This document shows, piece by piece, positions 29,163 through 38,000 of a DNA stretch of 64,000 bases. The notes beneath the pieces were generated by a model. The model was not told the DNA's origin, ran no database searches, and was given only the letters and a program-made list of their open reading frames with translations. Origin of the DNA: Opitutaceae bacterium (GTDB taxonomy: Bacteria; Verrucomicrobiota; Verrucomicrobiia; Opitutales; Coraliomargaritaceae); NCBI GenBank assembly GCA_051252375.1, contig JBPOFY010000003.1, positions 256,001-320,000 of the forward strand. Reading direction: 5' to 3'. A program made the position numbers and the translations under genes. Position 1 is the stretch's first letter. Each line of letters starts with the position of its first letter.

Positions 29163-31178
29163 CTAGTGGCGCGGGGTCCAAACTTTTTTCTCAGGAGCTC
29201 GTATCTTACTCACACGGTTGTCTTTGCCTTTATCGATGACTGGTCCTACGGATTCGATGCGGCAATCTCGGACATTGGATTCGAGGATGAGTGTGGCTGT
29301 GGTGTAGTTGGTAATGGTGGATCCGTTCATGCCTTTGCGCCCGCCACAGATCAGCTTGTTGATCTCATCCGGGAGTGGGGTGGTGGTGCCGTCGTGGAGG
29401 ATGAAGGTGCTGTCGTCACCGCAAATGATACCGAGGCTGGAACGTTCTGTAGGAATGGTGCCGGGGCGTGGGCTGAGGATGGTGACTTCGTAAAAGGCAT
29501 CGGTTGGTGTGTCGCCTCGCGTGAGGTTGAAGACTGGGTTGTAGGCGACGTCTGCGAAGCAATTCTTCATGACAGTCTTGCCCATTTTCCCTGAACTTAG
29601 ATCGTAAGAGAAGTCACCAGACTCGATGACGGCTACGTTTTCTAGTGTGATGTCGCCTTCAAGTAGTAGCTGGAAGCATCCACGCTGACGTTCAACAGTG
29701 GTGTCGATGACTGTGACATTCTTCACCTCATTGTAAGAGCGGACCGCATCTTCAGTCATCGGAATCATCCAGTCGCGGGGGATCGGTTGCTGGCTGCGAA
29801 ACATCATCTCAAAGTCATAATCGACAGCGCGTCCGACAGTCTCTTTGAAGATGTCGTTGGTAGGGCGTAGCGCTCCGCTGATGAGGCAGTCTTTGATGAG
29901 CACGCCGTCAACTTTGTGAAAGTGTAGGGCGTGTCCGAATGAGTTCATGTAGACCTTGCAGCCGATGAGAGTGGTGTTGTTGGCATTCTCGAACGACATG
30001 AACGAGTGTTTATTGAGTCTGCCATGTGCGCCGTTTCCTTTGCCGTAGAAGTCGGTATATCCAAAGGGGATCGAGCCTTTAATCACAAAGGTGCAATCCA
30101 GGAAGGTGTTGCCGTCGTTGCAGATTTCGAATTCGTTTTCAGTGACGAAGTAGTCGGGGTAAGGCTTATCTAGGACATTGCGAAAGTAGCCGCCTTCGAA
30201 GGTATTGTTGGCACCGTTGATATGCCAGGAGTCGGCGACGTGGCCGCCGCGATTGAGTGTGTTTTGCACAGAGACCGGCGTTTCGAAAACAACACCTCGA
30301 AGATCGAAGTAATTATTGGAGCCCGTGACTGCAAAGATATGGTCCTGCTCATTTACACTGGGGTTTCCATCGGTGTGTAGACGTTGATACTTTATCGGTT
30401 CGTCGGTTTTCTTGGCTCGATAGATGCCGGGCTTCATGCGGATCTTTTGATTGCTCTTCTTCGTGACTGCACGAAATTCATCTAAGGATTCAATTAAGGT
30501 GAATCCTGAGCGCACTTCGAATTGTGAGCTCGGCTCTGGTGGTTCCGGTGGAATACGTGTGTAGAGTTCCATCGGTGGGTTGTCGGCAAATTTTATACCG
30601 GGGTCGTCGATAAATTGGCGGAGCTTGTCGACAGGTAAAAGTGCATGCGGTGTTGATGCAGGATTTTTGCTTGGTGGTTTTGTTTGAGTGACCGTGTTGG
30701 CTTTTAGTTTTGTCTGTTCGAATACTATCTTGGCTTGTTCGAGTGCTTGTGTGGCGCGTGTTTTTAAATCGGTCGCGTCGATCGGTATGACATGCCGACT
30801 GTTCAGATATAAAATGGTAACGGTATCTTTGGATACAATTTGAAGTGGAACTTCTTGGCCTACGGGAAGGAGCGCGTCGCCCACGTGTTGTTTGTCCAGA
30901 TAGACCGGCAAGGTTTGTTCAGCGGTGACGGTTATATTACTGATGCGCCCGCGCCAGTTGGTGAGGACCCATTCTATAGGATCGATGACAACCTCAGGTT
31001 CGGGTTCCGGCACTGGCTCAGGCTCCGGTTGGGGCTCGGGCACTGGTTCGGGGATACCCGGTTCCGGTATGATGGGCTCTTCGATGTCCTCTGGTGCTGG
31101 GCTCGGGGGATCGCTTTTCTTGCAGCTTGTGAATAGAGCAAGTGCACAGATCAGTGGGACTAGAGTGTATCGTTTCAA
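29163..31178 (-). CDS. Lipoprotein: Pro/Glu linker, shared ~75-aa module, right-handed beta-helix domain (family X)
   Basis: Lipobox-like LFTSC; PEP-rich linker; GSIPFGYTDFYGKG, FGHALHF and TEDAVRSY motifs shared with 46287 and 51175. Confidence 0.8.
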   Translation of the reverse strand: MKRYTLVPLICALALFTSCKKSDPPSPAPEDIEEPIIPEPGIPEPVPEPQPEPEPVPEPEPEVVIDPIEWVLTNWRGRISNITVTAEQTLPVYLDKQHVGDALLPVGQEVPLQIVSKDTVTILYLNSRHVIPIDATDLKTRATQALEQAKIVFEQTKLKANTVTQTKPPSKNPASTPHALLPVDKLRQFIDDPGIKFADNPPMELYTRIPPEPPEPSSQFEVRSGFTLIESLDEFRAVTKKSNQKIRMKPGIYRAKKTDEPIKYQRLHTDGNPSVNEQDHIFAVTGSNNYFDLRGVVFETPVSVQNTLNRGGHVADSWHINGANNTFEGGYFRNVLDKPYPDYFVTENEFEICNDGNTFLDCTFVIKGSIPFGYTDFYGKGNGAHGRLNKHSFMSFENANNTTLIGCKVYMNSFGHALHFHKVDGVLIKDCLISGALRPTNDIFKETVGRAVDYDFEMMFRSQQPIPRDWMIPMTEDAVRSYNEVKNVTVIDTTVERQRGCFQLLLEGDITLENVAVIESGDFSYDLSSGKMGKTVMKNCFADVAYNPVFNLTRGDTPTDAFYEVTILSPRPGTIPTERSSLGIICGDDSTFILHDGTTTPLPDEINKLICGGRKGMNGSTITNYTTATLILESNVRDCRIESVGPVIDKGKDNRVSKIRAPEKKVWTPRH

Positions 31179-31261
31179 GAGATGTTTGGGGTGGGATTTT
31201 TGGACCGCTCTATGGGGCAGATTGCTTATGTGGTATCTTCGGATTGGACGCCATTTCCAAA

Positions 31262-33613
31262 TTAACCGAGTTTCACTGAAATCGACTGCGGAATATTGGC
31301 GAGTAGCTCGACTGTTCTAGATGGTTCAGTTCCATCGGTGACTTTTAATTCAACATTTTGGTCTTTGTTGAGTGAAAGTAGTTCGATTTGTATCGTTCCC
31401 TCATGCAGGTCCCATTGAATGGAAACGCGTATTCCACCGCGGGTGAGTAGCCCTGTGACAGAACCTTGGGACCATTCCTTCGGCAATGCCGGCAGTATCG
31501 AGATGAAGCCTGGGCGTGAGAAGATTAGCATCTCCTGCACGGCAGCGGTCCAGCCGAAGTTGGCATCGATTTGATAGGGTGCTTGTGTGAATTCACAGCC
31601 GATCCCGCTTTCACGCCAGTCGTTGTGCGTGGTGTAGAAATTGTTCATCACGCAAGCGCGTGCAATCAGGCTGAGGCAGCGAAGCGCGCGATCACCTTCA
31701 TTCATGCGCGCATACACGTTGGCCATGTGTGCTAGTGACCAACCGGTCTGTGCGCTGATGCCAATGTCGAGGCGTTTACGGATCGCGATTTCGAAGCCCT
31801 TGAAGAGTTCAGGGTCGGCGTCGCGAGTGACTTCGAACCCCGGGAAAACCGGGTAAATGTGTGACTGATGTCGATGGTTGTAGTTGTCTGTATAAAACGG
31901 GTGCATCCACTCTTTAATCGCGCCGTCTTCGTTGGTTTTGTAGGGCGGTATTTTGGTTAGCATGTCTTGCCACTTATCGAGCTCGTCAGGTTTTTCGCCG
32001 AGTTGCTGATGGCCTTCGATCAAATTCGTGAGCACTTCTTTGGCTAAGGCAAAGTCCATGGTGGCGTTCATGGTTGTTCCCATGTTTTTGAGCGCTTTGG
32101 CGCCAGCGCCGTGGTTACCCGGGTGATTTTCCGGAGAGTTCGACGGCGCACTCAGATAATAGCCGTTTTCATCGAGCGTGAAGAAGTCTTCATAGAAGCG
32201 TGCGACTTCGCGCAAAAAGGGCAGGGCGCGCTCCTTCAAAAATACTTCATCGCCGGTATGTAGGTAGTAGTCGTAGAAGTGCTGACCCACCCATGCTCCG
32301 GCACCTGTCCAGTGTAGAATGTGAGGCTGGATGTCTTTGAAAAGACCTGATGGTGGTGTGGTGATACAGGGCACGCAAATGCCACGGCAGCCATAGATTT
32401 TGCGCGCATTTTCACGGCAATCATCGAGCATGCGCTCAAAATAATCGAAGACAGGAAGTGCCGTTTCGGTGAGGTTGCCAGACATGGCCTGCCAGTAATT
32501 CATCTGCAGGTTTTCGTTGGCCATGTTAAAGGTCCAGTAGCCGCGATATGCCCCACACCATTTACCTTGTAGTGGGCTAGGTTGGCTGCCTTCTCGTGAA
32601 CTAGAGATTAATAGGTAACGCCCGTATGCCCACATCTTTTCTACCATCGCGGTCGAGACAACGCCTTGGTATGCGTCGAGCAGGAGCGCTTCGTTAGAAA
32701 GCGTATTGGTGGATGGCTCGGCGCCAAGGTCCAGCGTGACGCGTTCGAAGAGTTCGCGGTGCAAGCTTTCGTGCGGGGCAAGCAACGCGGCGTAATCATT
32801 TGGAAGTGCCTGTAGTTCCTGCTGCGAGTTGTCCCAGTCGCGGTTGCGCGCTCCTTTGACAAATAACTTTAGGACAATGAGCGCATGCGTGCCACCTTGG
32901 ATTTGAATGCCGCCGTCGACGGATGAAAGCACGCTGTCTTCACTGGTGATTTGCGCAACTGCACCAAAGTCGGTGCCATCTTCATTGCGCGCGGCATAAC
33001 GGATCGTGCCATTGGTTGCGGATTGAACCTCCAGTTCTATCGGAAGCTTAGGATCTTCTTCGTCGCAGCGATGTGCGTCCTCTCGGTTGTGCAGGTCGAG
33101 GCTGATTGTGGCAGACAGGGTTTGGTTACCTTTGGCTCTTATTTCCATCACCACGCAATCATGTGCACGCGAAACGAAGAGCTTTCGCTGGTAGTCAGTT
33201 TCGTTATCGGTCCATTGAACTGAGACTTCACCCGTCTCCATGTTCAGGTCGCGACTGTAGTTGGAGAATCCGTTACTAACAGGAATATGTATCTTGAGAT
33301 CGCCTAGTGGGAGTGGGGCTCCGATGTCGGCATCATAGCCAGTTTCCTTCAATGCTTCCGACAAAATTGGGTCGGCTTCAAAGGCTTTATTCTCAAGCAA
33401 AAGGCGCCTGACCTCAGGTAAACGATCACTGACGTCGGGTAGCTCTTTGGTGACGACTTCGTGCCACAGGTCATCGTGCGTTAACAAGACCGTTTCGGTG
33501 TGGACTGCACCGTATGATGCTGCGCCGATGACTCCATTTCCGGAGGGCAGCGCTTCGCGCCATTTCGATCCCCACCATGAAGCGGGATATTGGAGTATGA
33601 GTTTATTTTTCAA
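31262..33613 (-). CDS. GH95 family (alpha-L-fucosidase/alpha-L-galactosidase-like), apparently cytoplasmic
   Basis: WREALPSGNG, YGRYLLISSSR, NENLQMNYW, SPEN, HRHQSHIY, QIDANFG; no signal peptide. Confidence 0.93.
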   Translation of the reverse strand: MKNKLILQYPASWWGSKWREALPSGNGVIGAASYGAVHTETVLLTHDDLWHEVVTKELPDVSDRLPEVRRLLLENKAFEADPILSEALKETGYDADIGAPLPLGDLKIHIPVSNGFSNYSRDLNMETGEVSVQWTDNETDYQRKLFVSRAHDCVVMEIRAKGNQTLSATISLDLHNREDAHRCDEEDPKLPIELEVQSATNGTIRYAARNEDGTDFGAVAQITSEDSVLSSVDGGIQIQGGTHALIVLKLFVKGARNRDWDNSQQELQALPNDYAALLAPHESLHRELFERVTLDLGAEPSTNTLSNEALLLDAYQGVVSTAMVEKMWAYGRYLLISSSREGSQPSPLQGKWCGAYRGYWTFNMANENLQMNYWQAMSGNLTETALPVFDYFERMLDDCRENARKIYGCRGICVPCITTPPSGLFKDIQPHILHWTGAGAWVGQHFYDYYLHTGDEVFLKERALPFLREVARFYEDFFTLDENGYYLSAPSNSPENHPGNHGAGAKALKNMGTTMNATMDFALAKEVLTNLIEGHQQLGEKPDELDKWQDMLTKIPPYKTNEDGAIKEWMHPFYTDNYNHRHQSHIYPVFPGFEVTRDADPELFKGFEIAIRKRLDIGISAQTGWSLAHMANVYARMNEGDRALRCLSLIARACVMNNFYTTHNDWRESGIGCEFTQAPYQIDANFGWTAAVQEMLIFSRPGFISILPALPKEWSQGSVTGLLTRGGIRVSIQWDLHEGTIQIELLSLNKDQNVELKVTDGTEPSRTVELLANIPQSISVKLG

Positions 33614-33723
33614 AATGCAAAAATGTGGATGACTGATTCACGTAAAACTCCAGTTAATTAGCAGGGATGGAGCGGGTCGAGTAGTTCTTTCGTGACATGA
33701 ATGCACACTCAAGCTTCCGCTGA

Positions 33724-33737
33724 GTCAACCGCTTGAA
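33724..33737. promoter_or_regulatory. Palindromic operator, copy 5 (GTCAACCGCTTGAA)
   Basis: In the divergent region between GH95 and the dehydrogenase; identical to copy 4. Confidence 0.78.
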
Positions 33738-33882
33738 TTGAGTATCACTTGAGGCGGCTACTTCCGTTAGTAATACTTCAAATCTCTTTCAAACAAAGCT
33801 CGCGCATCAGTAAAATGGGTGTTCAATCCAGTCGCTTACACGAGCTAGATTTTTTTATATTAGAACCGACGAATTTTACACA

Positions 33883-34941
33883 ATGAGTGAATCAATTGAA
33901 TTGGCTACGCCCGAACAAAGTTCGCGCGCATCTACACGACGCCCAAAAGCGCTATTTGCTCTCGATCCAGCATCTTTGGATGTGATTTATGGACCTCTGG
34001 AGCGAGCCAGATTGGAAGAACTCTGCGATTTTTGTGCTCCACCACAATCGGCGGACTCTGTAGCGCAGGATTTGTCCTTACTTGAAGATGTGGAAGTGCT
34101 TTTTTCAGGATGGGGTGCCCCAGTCATGGACGAGGCATTCATGGTTGCAGCTAAGAATCTGAAAGCGGTATTTTACGGAGCTGGTTCAGTTCGATCGTTC
34201 GCGAAACCTGCATTTTGGGAGCGGGAAATCATCTTAACCAATGCAGCAGAGGCCAATGCGGTGCCGGTTGCCGAATACTGTGTGGCGACGATTCTGCTGA
34301 GTATGAAAAACTTCTGGTCCTGTGCTCAAGGCACAAGAAAGAGCGAAGGCTGGTTGCCAGGTGCTCATATGCGAGAAGTGCCAGGGAACTTTCGTAGCAC
34401 AGCCGGCTTCATTACAATTGGCGCGATTTCACGTAAGACACTCGAATATTTGAATGCTTTCGATATCAAGCGTCTTGCATATAGCCGCTCACTCACTCCC
34501 GAATCTGCGGCGGCAATGAATGTCACTCCGGCATCCATCGAAGAGATTTTTAAGACTGCAGATGTGATTTCGCTGCACACACCAAGTCTTCCTGCGACCC
34601 AGGGCATGATCAAGGGTGAGCATTTTGAAATGATGAAGCCTGGCGCAACCTTTATCAACACAGCACGCGGTGCAGTGGTGAATGAAAAGGAAATGTGTGA
34701 GGTGTTGGCAAGACGTCCCGACATCACCGCTGTTCTCGATGTAACGGCACCCGAGCCACCCGTTCCAGGTTCAGCAGTAGAGACTTTACCCAATGTCGTG
34801 TTGACGCCGCACCTTGCCGGTTCGGCTGGTCCTGAATGTCACCGTCTCGGCTACACCATGTTGCAAGAATTCGAGCGCTACCTCGCTGGTGAGCCACTCT
34901 TGTATCACATGACTAAAGACGACTTCGACCGTTCGGCGTAG
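33883..34941 (+). CDS. D-isomer-specific 2-hydroxyacid dehydrogenase family protein
   Basis: DVISLHTP, FINTARG, LDVTAPEP, TPHLAG. Confidence 0.92.
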   Translation: MSESIELATPEQSSRASTRRPKALFALDPASLDVIYGPLERARLEELCDFCAPPQSADSVAQDLSLLEDVEVLFSGWGAPVMDEAFMVAAKNLKAVFYGAGSVRSFAKPAFWEREIILTNAAEANAVPVAEYCVATILLSMKNFWSCAQGTRKSEGWLPGAHMREVPGNFRSTAGFITIGAISRKTLEYLNAFDIKRLAYSRSLTPESAAAMNVTPASIEEIFKTADVISLHTPSLPATQGMIKGEHFEMMKPGATFINTARGAVVNEKEMCEVLARRPDITAVLDVTAPEPPVPGSAVETLPNVVLTPHLAGSAGPECHRLGYTMLQEFERYLAGEPLLYHMTKDDFDRSA

Positions 34942-34971
34942 GTGGTTGTATTTTGTTAGACGTGTTCTGTT

Positions 34972-35042
34972 GGTAGGGCGTGTTATCCTTAACACGCCGA
35001 GACCCGAGAATGAGCGGTTCGATAGGGATATCGAACCCTACC
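34972..35042. repeat. GTAG-type REP doublet, family B, between convergent genes
   Basis: GGTAGGGCGTGTTATCCTTAACACGCCG ... CGGTTCGATAGGGATATCGAACCCTACC. Confidence 0.85.
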
Positions 35043-35090
35043 CAAGTCTAGGTCTCCAACTCGCTATTGGCGACAGCATGTATCGTAACA

Positions 35091-38000
35091 TCATTCTTCC
35101 GACTCACTGACGCTTAGTCGAAGGAAGTAGTTTGGATCATTTGACCAACTGGATTCTGGGACAATGACTTCTCCTGCACTCGTTCCCGATCCAGTCCAGA
35201 TGGGGTTCCAGGTCGGCGAGGATAGGTTGTCGGTTCCCTCTACAGTATAGTCCAATGAAGGGTCCAAAATCCGGTTAAAGGAAACCTCTAAACTCGATCC
35301 TGAGATCGCCGGTCTAATGACGAAGGGGGAGGCGCTGGGAATGATTGGATTTGTTCCTGTGGCATACTCGATCAGGTTAAGGACGCCGTCGAAGTCTGCA
35401 TCGAAATCATCCGCTGCGGTGCCAGTATTGTTATAAGTCCCGAAGTGGGTGAAGCGCCAGTTGTCGAGTTCGGTTTGAGTGAGCTCAAAGTTTGCGCTCA
35501 CGGTAACGTCATCAGTTACGCTCAAGTCTGTGCGTGGGTTATCTGTGCTGCCATCGCTCCAATCGACAAAGCCGTAATTGGTGTCGGGCACGGCTGTGAC
35601 GGCTGTGCCGTCGGCACCATGGTCAATCGTCTGTGGTGTCGTGCCTGTGATGGAGCCGTTGGCGCCTGCAGTGTAAGTCAAGGTGTAGGTATCGATCGTG
35701 AAGTTAGCAGTGACGGTGACATCCGCGGTAACGCTCAAGTCCGTGCGTGGGTTGTCGGTGCTACCGTCGCTCCAGTCGACGAAGCTGTAGTTCGCGTCGG
35801 CCACTGCGGTGACAGCTGTGCCGTCGGCACCATGGTCGATAGTTTGCGGTGTCGTTCCTGTGATCGAACCGTTGGCACCAGCGGTGTAAGTCAGGGTGTA
35901 GGTATCGATCGTGAAGTTGGCGGTTACGGTGACATCCGCGGTAACGCTGAGGTCCGTGCGTGGGTTGTCGGTGCTGCCATCGCTCCAGTCGACGAAGCTG
36001 TAGTTCGCGTCGGCTACTGCCGTGACAGCTGTGCCGTCGGCACTGTGGTCGATAGTTTGCGGTGTCGTTCCTGTGATAGAACCGTTCGCACCTTCGGTGT
36101 AAGTCAGCGTGTAGGTGTCGATCGTGAAGTTGGCGGTTACGGTGATATCAGCGGTGACACTCAAATCCGTGCGCGGATTGTCGGTGCTGCCATCGCTCCA
36201 GTTGACGAAGTGGTGGTTGGTAGCAGGCACTGCGGTCACGGCACTGCCGCTTGTCCCATGGTCAACTGTTTGCGGACTAGTGCCTGTGATGGATCCGTTG
36301 GCACCGGCGGTGTAAGTCAGAGTGTAGGTGTCGATCGCGAAGTTGGCAGTCACGGAGATGTCGTCAGTGACGTTTAGATCTGCCCGCGGGTTGGCAGTGC
36401 TGCCGTCGCTCCAGTCAACAAAGTGATAATTGGAGTGGGGCACCGGAAACACATTATTACCGTCGGAACCGTGGTCGATGGTCTGCGGACTGGTGCCGAA
36501 GATCGAACCGTTGGCGTCAGCCGTATAGGTCACCGTGTGAGTATCAATCGCGAAGTTGGCGGTGACTGATACGTTTCCAGTGACGTTTAGATCTGTGCGC
36601 GGGTTGGCAGTGCTGGCGTCGCTCCAGTTAACGAAGTGATAGTTCGTATCGGGGACAGCGGTGACTGCAGTTCCATCATTGCCATTGCTGACTGTCTGTG
36701 GGCTAGTTCCGGTTATGGACCCATTGGAGCCGGCTGTGTAGGTCAGTGTATAAGTCGGAGTGGGGGGATAGCTGGCATAGAGGTTAGCGACTTCGGTGGC
36801 ATCGAGTTCGACGTCGTAGAGTCGGACATCGTCGATGTTGCCTGTATAGTATGCTCCTGAGATTTGGCTGCCGATCGTGGCTGCTGTTATGCCCGTCATC
36901 GTCTTGGTCTTGCCTGTGCCTGAGTGCCAAAGAGTGCCGTTGCGATAGATATTCATGTCGCCGGTATTGGCGTTCTTAGTGAAGACCCAGTGAGCCCATG
37001 AATCTTTATAATCAGCCGCCGATGCGGCCTTGTTGATACGATCATAACCACTGTCGCCGGCATCCCAATAAATTTGGCCATTACCAAATGGGAGGTGGAC
37101 GCTTAGGATACGCCCGCCTGAACTATTGACGGCATAGATAATAGAGTTGTCGATCGGCTGGCTGCTGTCGCCATAGGACCAAAGGGAGATGGTGATCTGG
37201 TCGTTGATTGAGCTAAATGCAGAACCGATATTAGTGACTTGCGAAGAGCTTCCATTGAATCCCAATCCGTGATTCTGATAACCTGAAACCCAACTGGTAT
37301 TCGAGAGACTTCCGTCGTGGCCGTTTCCGGTGATGTCGGCCGTGGTCGAGCTGCCAGTGCCTTCATCGAAAGTCCAATGGGCTAGCAAGCTGGAGTCATA
37401 CTGCCAACCAGCCGCTACCAATGTGGCTGTATCCCAGCCAGAGTTAGCGATAAAATCGGGATCGATTTTGGCACCGATGGGGGTGCCGCCGTCAAAACCG
37501 CCGAGGTTATTGATCATGGTCGTTCGCGCCGTCCCAGTAATAAGGGAGAGGTCCGCTCCAGAGAAGTCGATGGCATCATCCGCCGTCGCTGCAGACGTCG
37601 CGCCCGAACCACCGCTGAAGAATTTAGCCGGATCTGCAGTGGAAGTCGCGGTGCCCCATACGAGATTTGAGAAGTCGGCTCCCGTGAAGCTGTCCCCCGC
37701 ACCGAAGTTTCCATCCGAGTGTAAAGTGATCCCACTGAGATTGGCTCCATCCCAAGTCGTGACTACACCAGCGTTGTCAAAATCGGTCGTTGTCCATGAG
37801 GTAATGCCCAGTTGTGCGAAATCGAAATTACTGAAGTCGCTTCCGTCTAGCAGTTGCAGATAAGTTGAATCGGCATCCCAAGCGGTGATCATGCAGTGAT
37901 TCGTCAGCTCATGCGTCGCCGGATTAAAGGTCAGCGGCTGGTCCATCCCCAAATCAAAACTGGTGACGGCAGGATCGATGATGTCGAACCAGTTGAGATT

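Noticed and set aside
35445..36377. 310-aa plus-strand repetitive ORF
   Set aside because: Antisense reading of the 213-bp repeats in the giant gene.
17720..36758. DGR-like template/variable repeat pairs (FN3 duplicates, 213-bp repeats)
   Set aside because: In-frame domain duplications; I saw no adenine-specific mismatch pattern, and no reverse transcriptase is present.
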